Source: Torpedo marmorata
Lineage: Eukaryota
NCBI GenBank assembly: GCA_977017645.1
Contig: OZ360249.1
Location: forward strand, 27,032,001-27,096,000
DNA: 64,000 bases
Direction of reading: 5' to 3'
The notes under the pieces were generated by a model, which did no database searches, was not told the origin of the DNA, and saw nothing but the letters and a program-made list of their open reading frames with translations. Of the stretch, positions 52,181 to 64,000 are shown piece by piece; the stretch's first letter is position 1, and each line of letters opens with the position of its first letter. Made by a program: the position numbers and the translations under genes.

Positions 52181-52314
52181 CCATTCCTGCCTCCATCTGA
52201 GAGTGGATTTATGTATGATTCAGATGAAAGTATCCCTAGTGATGAAGACGATGATGATGATGCTTTTATTTCTGACATTCAGCTGCAAGAACATTCTGAT
52301 CCTAACTCATACAG
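52181..52314 (+). CDS. DMXL2: DMXL2 exon (PFLPPSESGFMYDSDE...DPNSYS), phase 0->2
   Basis: tttaaag acceptor; AG|gtttgt donor. Confidence 0.9.
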
Positions 52315-53054
52315 GTTTGTTACAAGGATCTTGGTTGCAAAGAAAATTGGTTCATGCATTTTTTAATTTAAACACAAAAAAATGTCTGTTGCAGAATTGT
52401 TTGTTTAAACATAGTCATTTTTAAAAATTATGATATTTCATAAATTGGAAGGATTTGAATTAGTTTTGAGAGCAAATGTGGGGCAATATTAAAAAGTTTC
52501 TGTTTTGCACAAGACGGCTATCACCTGATTTTTTTTTAAATTAATCTGGTTATTCTGGCTTGTCTTCATTTCCTCAAATTCCTTCACCGATAGCAAATAG
52601 GGTTTCACACCACAGAAGGAGCAAATTAGGGATGTAATTAGAAAGCTCTGCACGATATGAAATGTAATGACTGACTTCACTAGGCAGCCAGAAGGGTGGA
52701 TGAAACTGTAGTCAATAAATTGGAAAGTGGATGTTGACAAAGAAGAATGTGAGAAGATTTAAAGAGAGCTCACATTCTGCTGGTTATGGCTGTTTTTTTT
52801 TATTTATCTTCTTCAGATGTGGGTTTAACATTTGTTGCCCATCCCAAATTGTCCCTGAACCGTGACTTCCCAGGTCGTTTTAAGAACAGTTATGAATCAA
52901 CAAGATAAGGATGGCAGAGTTCCTTCTGTGAAGGACTTAAAAGTTATTTGATGGAGAGAATGGTTCTGATTAGGAATCTGTAATTTAGTTTATTGTTTGT
53001 TTGTTTGTAAAATGAATTTTGAAGAAGTATCTCATAATTCAATTTTTTTTTCAG

Positions 53055-53140
53055 TTGGGCTCTGATACGTTTAGGAATGGTTAAGCTCGCACTAAACAAC
53101 GTGAAATACTTCTTTCCTGTTGCAGGATTAGATTCCGCAG
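53055..53140 (+). CDS. DMXL2: DMXL2 exon (WALIRLGMVKLALNNVKYFFPVAGLDSA), phase 2->1
   Basis: poly-T then cag acceptor; G|gtatgg donor. Confidence 0.92.
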
Positions 53141-53929
53141 GTATGGTATTTCCTGTTGAAGTTATTATTTAAAATCGTGCCACAATTAGAAAAATACTGC
53201 ATTTGAAATGGAATCATCATCTGGAATTTTATATTGAATTTGATATGTTTTTCATAGTTTATTCTTTGCTAAATAATTATTATTTATTTTTCCACCCTTC
53301 ATTAAAAACAACTCTTTCTGGCATCTATTATTACTGAACAGTTAAAGATATAAAATATTTTGGTTTAGTAAAGAAGTTTTTCTGTGACAATATGTGTGCA
53401 AAGTAGCATCCTTGCCATCAATTGCACTTCTTTGATTTGGTGAAGATTTTGGCACGGACAACTGAGGCAAATTAAGATGTCAGTCAATAAGCAAAGATGA
53501 TTTGATACCAGCACTACCATTTTGGACATCATCACTCCAGCTAATACATTACTGTTACACCCACATGGCTGCACACTTGTTCAGTAACTGGAATGAGACC
53601 TATGAGTACTATTTGAATGGACCATTAGTTATATGCTGGTTAGTTGCTGGTCAGTTTACTCTGGCTGTTGATTTGTTTCTCAAGTGCCTAGTACTTTCCT
53701 GATTTGGTCCATTGTAGAACATCATAAGGAAAGGTGTGTCAATTGCTGAAGGCTTTTTTGCTGGCTTCTAGCTTCTGTCTGTCAGATGTTGGCAGGATTG
53801 AGTGAATTCATCATTTCCATTGTAATTTCATGTGACAGAGTAAGTGGAGGATGTGCAGATCAGGACAAACTGCTGAAAAGAGGAAGAAGATGAGGTCTCG
53901 TAAGGAAGCAGTAATCAACCAGTAATGAA

Positions 53930-54447
53930 TCCTATGATATTTTATTTGGAGATATTAAAAGAATTAGTATTAAAATGAGATTAAATATGTATCAAATAGA
54001 ATTCTTGCGAATTGCTTTAGCTGTTTCAAAGAAATCCATTGCTATTACATGGAAATCTGATGTAGATTTAGGGTTAGAAAGATGGCATGCAGAACTTTGT
54101 TCATGCATACCACTTGAAAAAATTACTTATAATTTATGTAATAAATATCACTTCTTTTTGAAAATATGGAACCCATATATAAAGATTGTAGGTTTAAAGA
54201 TTTGAGGATCTTTTGAGATCAGATCTGACTGGTGAACCTGTGTTCCACAACAAAGTTAATATACAGTTTTTTTTTTAGATTGACATTCTCCAATACTTTC
54301 TTTTTTTTTTCTTTCTTTCTGGGTTGTAGGGGTGGGTGGGTTAGGGAAGGGAAAGGGAGGGAGGGGAGGGTGAAAATATATCACATGTATTTTGATAATT
54401 TTATTATCGTGTGATTTAAAATTTTTAAATAAAATTTTAAAAAAAAA
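53930..54447 (+). mobile_element. L1-clade LINE 3' end with poly(A)
   Basis: ORF LAVSKKSIAITWKSD...LEKITY...FLKIWNPY; G-rich 3' UTR; aataaaattttaaaaaaaaa. Confidence 0.75.
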
Positions 54448-54990
54448 TGTATAAGGACCTTCTCTCCCACCTGAAGTCCAGCAAGGACCAATGCGTGAAA
54501 CTTTTGTGCTTCAGTAAAGGAAGATTCACTGAATTTTATTACCTGACGTATCTCAAACTGCATCTATGGAGCAGATTAAGGAACATTTTAAAGGCTGACA
54601 AGCTAACCTTTAGATATGTCATCTTTCAGGCTAGAGCTGGATATATTTGAAGTTTAACTAAGATTGCTGTTTATTATTTAAAAAAAAAAAAATGCCATTA
54701 TGCCTTCCATTCAAAGAGAGCCTGGTGTATTTTGTTCTCTAATATCAGAGACCCACAAACAAGTGAACATGCGGTTTTCTGTCCTTGGTGCAGGATGCCA
54801 TTCTATGCATGCACACTACGGCTACTGACCACTTTCACAAAATATCCATGGTGCTTTGTTTGAAATATTTTTCAAATTGCATTTTGAAAGTTACTATTGA
54901 ACCAATAGTGAAACACGATAGGCTGCAGACGCTGTGATTGTAGTAAAAACACTGAAATGCTGGAGGAACTCAGCTGGTCTTTTCAGCATC

Positions 54991-55373
54991 AAGATTCAAG
55001 ATTCAATTTATTGTCATGCAATAAAACAGTGTCATATTACACAAAATTGCTTTTGCCTGCTGTAAGGCAGACAGATTCACTATCGGCAGAAATTGCCTGA
55101 AGCGCCTCTTACAGTCAGAGAAAGAGAAGCAAAAGAGAGTCCCCCCAGAGTCACCCAGTGTCCGTAGATTCGCCTCCAGCGCTTCCACAGCCACACAGGG
55201 TCCAGTCCAAACCATTGGCAACCCGAGCTCCAGATCCAAACCTCCGACACAGTCAGGAACCCTTCAGCACCTTCGGCACCCCCTCGCATCCCGGTTCCAA
55301 TACCTGGTACCCCTTCAGTCAGTTCGAGCCAGTCTCCAGCAGCCCACAGCCTCCGTGGGTTCCTCTCCTCGAG
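54991..55373 (-). mobile_element. 5'-truncated GC-rich retroposon, copy 3, inserted in the PLE pLTR
   Basis: aagattcaagattcaatttattgtc tail; homology to 24300-24690. Confidence 0.82.
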
Positions 55374-55976
55374 GAGACAAAGATATATTGTCGACGTTTC
55401 GGGCCTGAGCCCTTCTTCAAGGAAAAATCAGAAAAGGCAGAAGCAGGATATCAGAAAGTCTCAGAATTCAAACAATGGGTGAGGAATCCAGACCAACAAA
55501 AGGTGTTAATTGGATGTGATAAGGGACGAGGTAGAATTTATCATGTCAGTGCGAAAGGAGACAGGGAATGGAGAGACGACGTGGGAAGCTTGGGGGTGGG
55601 GGGGGGGGATTTTAAAGAAAGCCAGAGAAGTCAATATTAATGCCATCCGGTTGGAGGGTGCCCAGTCGGAAGATGAGGTGTTGTTCCTCCAATTTACAGG
55701 TGGTCTCAGTCTGGCAGTACATGAGACCATGGACAGACGTGTCGGCAAGGGAATGGGATGGAGAATTGAAATGGGTGGCCACTGGGAGATCCACGCTATT
55801 ACGGTGGACAGAGTTGAGGTACTCAATAAAGCAATCTCCCAGTCTGCGTCCAGTCTCTCCGATGTAGAGGAGACCACAGCGAGAGCACCGGATGCAGTAG
55901 ATGACCCCTGCAGATTCACAAGTGAAATGTTGCTTCACTTGGAAGGACTGTTTGGGGCCCCGAATAGTGCTGAGGG

Positions 55977-56318
55977 AATCAGAATCAGAATTTATTGTCA
56001 TGAACAAGTCATGAAATTCGGTGTTTTGCGGCAGCATCATAGTGCAATTAACATTCATATTAACCATCTAACGACATTACTATAAAAAAAATTATAAACA
56101 ATAGTGCACGAAAAGTAAGGCAGTGTCTTTGGTTCATTGATTATTCAGGAATCTGATGGCAGCGGAGAAGATGCTGTCCTTGTGCCGTTGAGTGCTCGTC
56201 TTTAGGCTCCTGTACCTTTTTCCCGATGGAAGCAGAGTGAAGAGGGCATGGCCTGGATGGTGGGGGTCTTTGAGGATAGAGGCTGCTTTTTTAAGACACC
56301 GCCTCATGTAGAGACATT
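55977..56318 (-). mobile_element. Rex1-like 3' fragment inserted in the PLE ORF
   Basis: Near-identical to the 13580-13915 region. Confidence 0.88.
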
Positions 56319-57860
56319 GTAGGAGGTGTGTGCTCAAGTGGAGCATCTCCTGCGGTTACAGGGGTAGGTCCCAAGGGGACGATTGGTGGGGAGGGAGGAG
56401 TGGACAAGGAGTCAAGGAGGGAGCGGTCCCTGCGAAAGGCAGAGAGGGGAGGAGAGGGGAATATGTGTCTAGTGGTGGGATCATGTAGTAGATGGCGGAG
56501 GAGGATGTGTTGGATGCAGAGGCTGGTGGGATGGTAGGTGAGGACAAGAGGAATCCTGTCCTTGTTGCGCGTGGGGGCGGAGGGGGCCAGGGCAGATGTG
56601 CGAGTAATGGAGGATATGCGGTTGAGTGCCGAGTTGATGGTAGTAGAGGGAAAGCCACGTTGTTTGAAGGAGGAGGACATCTCTGATGATCTGGCATGGA
56701 AGTCCTCATCCTGAGTGCAGATGCGATGGAGACGGAGGAATTGAGAGAATGGAATGAAATCCTTACAGGGGACAAGGTGGAAAGAGGTGTAGTCGAGGTA
56801 GCTGTGGGAGTTGGTGGGTTATAGAAGATGTCTGTCGAGAGTTTGTCTCCTGAGATGGAGACAGAGAGATCGAGGAAAGGGAGAGTGTTGCTAGAGATGG
56901 ACCAAGTGAACTTGAGATCGGGGTGGAAGTTGGCAGCAAAGTGGATGAAGTCAACGAGCTCATCATGGGTACATGAGGCAGCACCAAAGTAGTCATCGAT
57001 GTAGCGGAGGAAGAGTTGAGGGGCCTTGCCTGTGTAGGCTTGCAGCATGGATTTCTCCACATAGCCAACAAAAAGGCAGGCATAGCTGGGGCCCTTGTGG
57101 GTACCCATGGCTACCCCTTTAACCTGGAGAAAGTGGGATGAGTCAAAGGAGAAATTATTGAGGGTGTGGATTAGTTCTGCCAACCGGAGGAGGGTGGTGG
57201 TGGAGGGGGACTGGTTGGTTCTATTGTCCAGAAAGAAACGAAGGGCTTTGAGGCCTTCAGTATGGGGAATGGAGGTGTATAGGGATTGGATATCCATGGT
57301 AAATATGAGGCAATTGAGTTCAGGGAACTGGAAGTTGTTGAAGCATGTGAAATGTCCCGGATGTAGGTGAGGAGGGACTGGACCGGGGGGACAAAACAGA
57401 GTCAAGGTAAGCGGAGACCAATTCGGTGGGGCAGGAACACGCGGACACGATGGGTCTGCCAGGACAATTGGGTTTGTGGATCTTGGGTAGGAGGTAGAAA
57501 CGGGCGGTACGGTTTGGGAAACAATAAGGTTGGAGGCCGTGCCAGGGAGGTGACCGGAAGTGATGAGTTCAGAGATGGTGCATGATACAGTGGTTTGATA
57601 AGTTTTGGTGGGGTAATCCCCACGTAGGTTGAATCAATAGTTGCTGCCCAATCAAGCATTTTATTCCAGATTCCAATCATTCTGTGTCCTCTGATTTTGA
57701 TACTTTAACTATTGCAAACAGTTTTAGACGAGTGGTACTTTTTTTTTAAGCACTATGCGTATTAAAATCAGTTTTCCCTTTTCCACATTGAGTTTCAGAA
57801 TTAATTGGCAGTCAAATAATGTCATTAATTTTGTTTTCTTCAAATGTATTTTTTCCACAG

Positions 57861-58062
57861 ATCTTCCAGTAACATCTCCTTTGGGTAACGCTGTCATGAA
57901 AACCTTGGAAAACTGGCAGCAGATACTTCAGGCAAAAATGGAACAATTTGAAGGCCCGCCTCCAAATTACATTAACACATATCCTAATGATTTCTCTAAT
58001 GTTGGTGGACCAGCTATTCTGCGACACAAAGCAATGCTTGAACCAGAAAACACTCCTTTCAA
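57861..58062 (+). CDS. DMXL2: DMXL2 exon (DLPVTSPLG...PENTPFK), phase 1->2
   Basis: ccacag acceptor; AA|gtaaga donor. Confidence 0.92.
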
Positions 58063-58337
58063 GTAAGATTACAACTTAAAAATAGGTTTGGTGGGTTATA
58101 GATTTTATACGTGGATGTCAATGAGTGCTGACATAGTGACAGGTGAGAAAATATTTCCATAGTTTAATAATAAGTATTCATCACTAATGATCAAGAAACC
58201 CTTTTAAAATGGAGTCAGCAGCCCAAAGCAGTCATGTTTATATTTTCCAGTATATTTCTTAAGCAAGCAAACACAACAAAATCAATAATCCAAAACCAAA
58301 AAGATTTGTACTATTGATTTAAGTATGCTTACCTTTT

Positions 58338-59160
58338 ATTCAAGAATCTTTTATTATCATGTAATAAAACAGATGTAATATTACCCAAAATTGCATTTAG
58401 TCTGTAATAAGGCGGACAAAGATTCGCCATCAGCAGAAGTTGCCCGGTGCTCCTTACAGTCAGAGAAAGAGAAGCAAAGGAGAGTCCCCGCAGAATCACT
58501 GAGTGTCCATGGATTGGCCTCCAATGTTGCTGTAGCCTCCGCAGCCACACAGACTTCAGTTCAAACCATCATCAATACGAGCACCAGATCCAAACCTCCA
58601 ACACAATCAGGAAGCCTACAGCGTCCTTGGCACCCTCTCGCATCCCGGTTCCGATACCTGGTACCACTTGAGCCAGTCTGCAGCCTGGTGTGAGTCCTTT
58701 GTCCACAAGTCGCCCGCAGCCCGCACGGGTTCCTCGCCCCGAGTTGCCAACAGCCCACCACCTGTGTGTTCTTCAGCCACAGAGCCCCTCACTGGTCCAC
58801 CGCCGTGGTCACTGTCCAGTAGAGTCGGCTCTCCTGATTCTCCCTCTCAAACTGGGGACGTTCTCTCTGTTTTCTGGTGCCCTGCACCAGTGCTCTGCTT
58901 CTCCGGAGTCTGCAACCGCTCAAGGCCGCTGCCAAACACAGGCACCACCATCATGGGCCCAGACCTCTCGATCGCAGGATTTTAAAATAAAACACTGTCG
59001 GCTCCTTTAACAGGCCGTTTAAAGCCTATAAGGAGCCGTCGGTAGTTGGACTGTGCGGTAGAACCCTGCGGAGGAGCACTGTGTCTCTGCTCCCTGCTCT
59101 CCCTGGGTCTGCACCAGCGCAGTGCTGCCGTTGCAGCAGCTCCGGAGGCGCCACCATTTT
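58338..59160 (-). mobile_element. GC-rich retroposon, copy 4 (full length, more diverged)
   Basis: Colinear with copy 1 from tail to gccaccatttt head. Confidence 0.78.
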
Positions 59161-59437
59161 TGTTTTATAAAGATTTTTTTTTAAGGATAATCATTGCTAC
59201 AATTTTGTACAATCCTGAACCTACAGGGCTCCTGGCCTTTTGATTGTTTGAAGCTTAGCATATTTCATGCTAATGGTGATCTGTTACCATGATTGTTGAA
59301 TCAAGAACCTTGCAGTTCAACTGGTAGTATGATGTTCCAGTTGAGTTTAAAATTATTAGTAGCTGGTAAAATTAGACAAATAGATTTATAGTTGTGCTCA
59401 TGTGAGCAAATGTGCTAACTTGTTTATTTTACTTCAG

Positions 59438-59555
59438 GTCAAGGCATTATTCCACATTTCCTGTTAAAAGGCTCTGGTACTTCTTGGTCAAACAAGAAAT
59501 TCTGCAAGATACATTTATAAGATTTATATTCACAAAGAAAAGAAAGCAAAGTGAG
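59438..59555 (+). CDS. DMXL2: DMXL2 exon (SRHYSTFPVKRLW...KKRKQSE), phase 2->0
   Basis: cttcag acceptor; GAG|gtaaat donor. Confidence 0.92.
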
Positions 59556-61180
59556 GTAAATGAGCGCAAGGATAAAAGTTGTTGCTTTCTTATAATTTTT
59601 GTATCTGGCTTTAGTTTTATAGATTTAAAGACATATTTGGCACAAATTACCATAAAGGATGATAATGATGATGTGTCAGCTTGTAATAATTCTGTTGTAA
59701 AAGTACACTTAGTATAGCTATGTCTTTCTTCTGGTAATAAACAAGATGGTTAGTTGAAATCCTACCATTGTAACAACTGGATTTTGGCAAGATTATCCAA
59801 TCTATTGCAAACAAACAAAATTTCATTTCTAATGAAATGTTGGACCCTTGAAATACTATTAGTACTCCAATTATATTTTTATTCTGCATCATGCAAAAAG
59901 GAATATATGTGAAACCCAGGAAATCATTTCTCTGTGTATTTTCTTTGAGGGCCACAAAACCAGGTCTCTTCATTGTGATCAACCTCTGAACCTGCCCGCA
60001 TGTATTTGCCTTGCCATATTTTCCCATGTTTAAAATTGTTTGGATTTTTTTTCCTGAATATAATCAAGATGTTCCATGGGCGATTTACTATCAACATTTT
60101 ATTTAAACATATGACGCTTGAAAATCTTAAAGGGCATAGAAATCTTAATTGTTAATATATGCATGGGTAAAGTGGTGTGTAAATTTTGCCCTTTTTTAAA
60201 TCATTCTATATTTTATTACTTAATCCTAGTGTTTTGAATTCATGTCTATCTGCTAATTGAAATAAGTGGCCCTAAATTAAATTTTAGCGATCCCATTAAA
60301 CAAAAAGATTTGTGCCGTGTAATGTTATTACTGAAGGATGTTTGGCAGTAGGAGCTAGATAATTGCACTGTAGACTGTGATGCAGAACAATGTCAAGATC
60401 AGGTGTTTTCCTCGATCTGTTGTGTTGCAAATTTTAGCCAGAGCACCATTGGAGGCATTTGAACTGGGATCTTCGTCTGTCGAATGGAGTCAAAGGAAAA
60501 ATGAGTTTTGATTTCTCCTGATAACGGATATCCCTTCAAACCTTGTAAAAGGGATGAATATATGTGAGCACATTTGGTGAGAATGCCGCTGTGCATGACT
60601 ATGATTAAATTCACCTGACCCTCTATGGCCACATGCCTACCAATAATATAATATAAAATTCCACAGAGATTAAAAATAACCAAGTGAATGAGGTTCCAGA
60701 GATTTACTGCTGGTAACGCTGTCCTGGCCCTTGTTTTGGAAAGAAAAAGTAGCAAAATGGAGAAACTCTGGTTGTGTGTGCCAGAAATTACAATTATTAC
60801 AAGATAACCTTTGTTATTGTTACAATATATGCAGACCTGATATCCAATATCAGCATAATTTAGTCACCATTTACTATTTTTTTTAAATTGGCAAGAAACC
60901 AAATCAATTTTATCAGTTCTTAAGTTAATTTTCTATTAGACTTAATGTTAGTGAAAGGAAATACACATTAAAATGGAATGGTTTTCCATCCCTTAAATAA
61001 GTTGGGCACATCATCAGTATATTGCTTGCCTCCTTGTTTTATAATCCTGGCAGTATTGTTCATTTAGGCATTTATCTTAATTTTTTATATGAATTATTTC
61101 AAAAAAGTATGTCAGACTTTAAGAAATATTTTCAGAAATAAAAATTCCTATTGTATCCAAATATTTTACAATTTGAATAT

Positions 61181-62399
61181 TGTAACAGACCGCGATAATA
61201 CTCAATCTATAAAAATAAATCATTCATCCACCTTTGTTTACAAAGGATACTATTTCCTATAAAAAGTTTATAAATCAAAGTTCTTCATTACATTTATTTT
61301 TATTACAGTATTGTTACGAACTAACAAATCTTGCTAGTACTAACAAAGGAACAGTAATGGAAAATTCACCAGTCAATGGTAAATTAAAAATAATAGTTTT
61401 TTTATTAAACTATTAATAACATAACATTTCTTACTTATCTCTAAACTTAAGTCTACCTTAAACCCCCTATGCGCAAATGTAAATGTGTGTGTGTTAAAGT
61501 CCAAACTATTTCAGTTTAAACTTGAGTCTGAAAAGTCCATTTTAAAGTCCAGTTTCAAACTTCTTGTTGAACTTCAGGATCCCTTTAAATTGTGGTTCAG
61601 AAGTATTATAAAGCAAGAGTGAAGCACCTGATTTCTTTCAAACTCACACGTCTTTTGATGAGTTGACTTTCAGAGAGATATTCTTCTTCATTCGAGTGAT
61701 TTCACAAACTCCCTCTTATCTTACCTAGGAGTTCCGGAGTCTGTTTTCCACGATGATTTCTTTCTTAATCGAAAGTAACATACGAGGCTGCCCTCTTAGA
61801 GGCAGTCGGAAGTTGTCTTACTTATTTAAAAGCCACTTATGTTGTGTATCTCCTATGATAAGGATGATACAAGACAGAACAGCATCTCCCTCTCTTTCCA
61901 GAGGTTACTGCTCCAATCCTGTCCTTTCTAGGAAGTCAAACTTTCTTAAACTGACTCCTTTGTCTCTGAGTTTGATAATATATTTCTTGCACATCTCTTA
62001 TGTCACATGGTATATGACATCATTTCTGTCTTTGAAATTCATAATGTCTTCTTCACACTTACGTGCTAAAAGCATCTCATTCCACTTAGACTCCGTGATG
62101 TCTATCCACATGGACACAGAATGGATCTGTGTTTACACAGGTGCTTCTGAGCCAATACCTATTGTTTTCAGTATCTCAAGAACCATCATAAAGCCTTTCA
62201 TCTCTTGGCTTCAACTGCAATCAGCAGACATTCTGTCTCTGCAAATGGCCACCTGCCATCTCAAAGAACCATGTGTTTCAAATGCAAATGTGCTGTCTTT
62301 GTGCCCCTGAAACCACCCAAATCTAACTTACTAAGCCATCTCTAGATGAAATATAGTTTTAACATTAAACTAAAGATTAATCGTAGCACATTCGTCACA
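61181..62399 (-). mobile_element. Probable solo LTR (Gypsy/BEL-like)
   Basis: TGTAAC...GTCACA termini; flanks atat/gtat; AATAAA near the minus-strand 3' end. Confidence 0.45.
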
Positions 62400-62667
62400 G
62401 TATGCACACATTATTTTTATGAAACTGCTATTCCTTTGAGGCTTTGTGCATTTTGTCTCATGGTAAATTAAAAAGAATGATTCGCCATGTTTGTGAAATG
62501 TCAAGAAATCAATCAGTAATGTCAATATAATACAATAGCTGATTATGCCAATGCAATACTGCCAGGTTTTCGTTTTTTTATTCAGTAAAAACATATTATT
62601 CATTTTCATTTTTTTTTTTATTTCTGTGCATGTGTAATGTGCTGTGACTGTGTGCTGTGTTGTGTAG

Positions 62668-62733
62668 TCAGTAGAAGACCATGTGGATCAAGTCAAACAA
62701 AACTACGTCAGGGAACATCGTGGAAGCAACAAG
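62668..62733 (+). CDS. DMXL2: Probable DMXL2 alternative exon (SVEDHVDQVKQNYVREHRGSNK), phase 0->0
   Basis: 66 nt; tgtgtag acceptor; AAG|gtagtc donor; resembles an isoform-specific SVEEHVEQVK segment I recall from mammalian DMXL2. Confidence 0.72.
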
Positions 62734-63062
62734 GTAGTCTCCCTTGTCTTTAGCAGCTGTTGTAATTGCACTTGCTTCAACATCTTGTTTAATGGTCTGA
62801 AAATAAATAATTGTGCATATACAAAGCTGTCTCATTGTTGTCGCTGTGGAGAGTGCAATGCAGACGTGTCATTCATTCTGTGTGATTTCTTTTGCTGAAT
62901 TTCTAAAACCATTAAACAGTTGGTAAAGCTGGTGAATCATTTAACTTTTTTGCTAAATATTTTCTAAATAAAAGGAAAACAACATAATTGGTCAAAACTT
63001 GAGTGTATTAAAATTATCGAGGTCTTGATCGATACACTATTATATGTAGTACTGTCTTTCAG

Positions 63063-63149
63063 GTTGAAGCAGATTTGGGCTATCCAGGTGGAAAATCAAA
63101 GATTATTCATAAAGATTCTGATGCCATCATGGCATTTGCAATTAATAAG
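63063..63149 (+). CDS. DMXL2: DMXL2 exon (VEADLGYPGGKSKIIHKDSDAIMAFAINK), phase 0->0
   Basis: tttcag acceptor; AAG|gtaaga donor. Confidence 0.93.
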
Positions 63150-63589
63150 GTAAGAAAATTAAGTGTCTTGTAAATTACTTTTTCCTCTTAATCCAAACAA
63201 TATATTTTTTTACATACAAATGATATAATCACCTTTGCACTTGGATTTGTTTTTGTTACATGACCCAATACCGATGATGCCAACACCTTCCTGTGGAAAC
63301 CAATGGGTATAGGTTATGATGGTCACCCAAGTTATTTTTTATATTGTACTGCACATTTTGCATGACCAGGAAGCTTGAACATTATAGTTGGGCTTTTGCA
63401 TTGTATTTGGCTCTTCCAAGTGATTTTTTAACACTTCAGTAAGATTAGATACGGTAACTAACCAAGACTGTTCCTGAAGACTTCTTAAAGCTCTCCTACT
63501 ATTCTCCAGCAAAAGATACAGAAGTCAAAATCAGAATGATAATGGAGATTATAAGATAATAAGGTTGGGGACTTATCTTATTATTTTAT

Positions 63590-64000
63590 TTAAATTTTTA
63601 AATCACACAATACATAATTCAAAATATATAGTTTCCAAAATACAGTGATATAAATTTCCTCCCCCCGCACCCTCCCACCCCTCCCCAACCCCACTATTCT
63701 AAAAATAGAAAAAGAAAAAAGAGAAAAAGAAAAAAGAGATTAATAGTGAGGAGAGAACCATCTAAAAACTAATTTTAATCTGGAGGTTAAACTCGCCAAT
63801 AGACCTGATTTCCAGAAATTTCAAATCCTTAAACCCATAACTCTCATATATGGGCTCCAAATTTTTAAAAAAGAATGATATTACGTAAATTATAAGTAAT
63901 TTTTTCCAAAGGAATACACGAACGAAGTTCTGCATGCCATCTATCTAAATTTAAATCTAAATCTGATTTCCAAGTAATAGCAATACATTTTTTTGAAACA
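63590..64000 (-). mobile_element. L1-clade LINE 3' end
   Basis: Reverse-complement homology to 54020-54447 (VSKKCIAITWKSD...PLEKITY). Confidence 0.75.

Larger units (their letters stand above)
54922..57620 (-). mobile_element. Penelope-like element (RT + GIY-YIG endonuclease + 3' pLTR), degraded and twice interrupted
   Basis: RT motifs TMDIQSLYTSIP, GVAMGT, FLRYIDD; GIY-YIG region VIYCIRCSRCGLLYIGETGR...HFN...LQPDGIN; pLTR 54922-55435 with hammerhead-like motif at 55392-55422. Confidence 0.9.
1564..63149 (+). other. DMXL2: DMXL2 (rabconnectin-3 alpha) gene, internal portion; start and stop codons lie outside the window
   Basis: 26 GT-AG exons with consistent phases splice into one open frame. 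Peptides recognised from DMXL proteins: ANALCHFHIAASINP, FVVHWLNNKE, YLDEYHPGIFRQVQ, PTLPQYHPTQLLELMDLGK, RWRKAALKNAF, VEADLGYPGGK. DIPPALAGTAFN and QLQSPLPLPTTLPLLSA fit DMXL2 better than DMXL1 (from recall). Confidence 0.93.

Noticed and set aside
60438-60570. Exon-like segment after a ttttag acceptor
   Set aside because: Stops in all three frames and a weak donor; at most a poison exon, with no support from sequence alone.
61753-62310. 185-aa ORF
   Set aside because: No recognisable domain; lies within a probable LTR and is likely spurious.

Overview
This is eukaryotic (vertebrate) genomic DNA. The TE repertoire (CR1/HER1-type LINE, HE1/V-SINE, Penelope-like elements) suggests a cartilaginous fish, probably a ray; that assignment is inference. 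The whole window lies inside one plus-strand gene, DMXL2 (rabconnectin-3 alpha, a WD40/RAVE-like V-ATPase assembly factor). I traced 26 internal GT-AG exons by hand, and all splice phases are mutually consistent. Two further frame-preserving candidate cassette exons lie at 49394-49504 and 62668-62733. The introns are packed with transposable elements: a near full-length CR1 LINE carrying a nested Tigger transposon and a V-SINE, nested Rex1/Babar-like LINEs, a Penelope-like element (RT + GIY-YIG), L1-like 3' ends, Tc2/pogo MITEs and possible solo LTRs. The most interesting signals are minimal hammerhead-ribozyme-like motifs in Penelope terminal repeats (one on the DMXL2 sense strand inside a fold-back insertion), an ~800-bp GC-rich non-coding retroposon family with an inverted pair next to an exon, a cargo-carrying MITE with a ~230-nt internal hairpin, and a Tigger whose ends recall mammalian Tigger3. 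I see no prokaryotic-type system.
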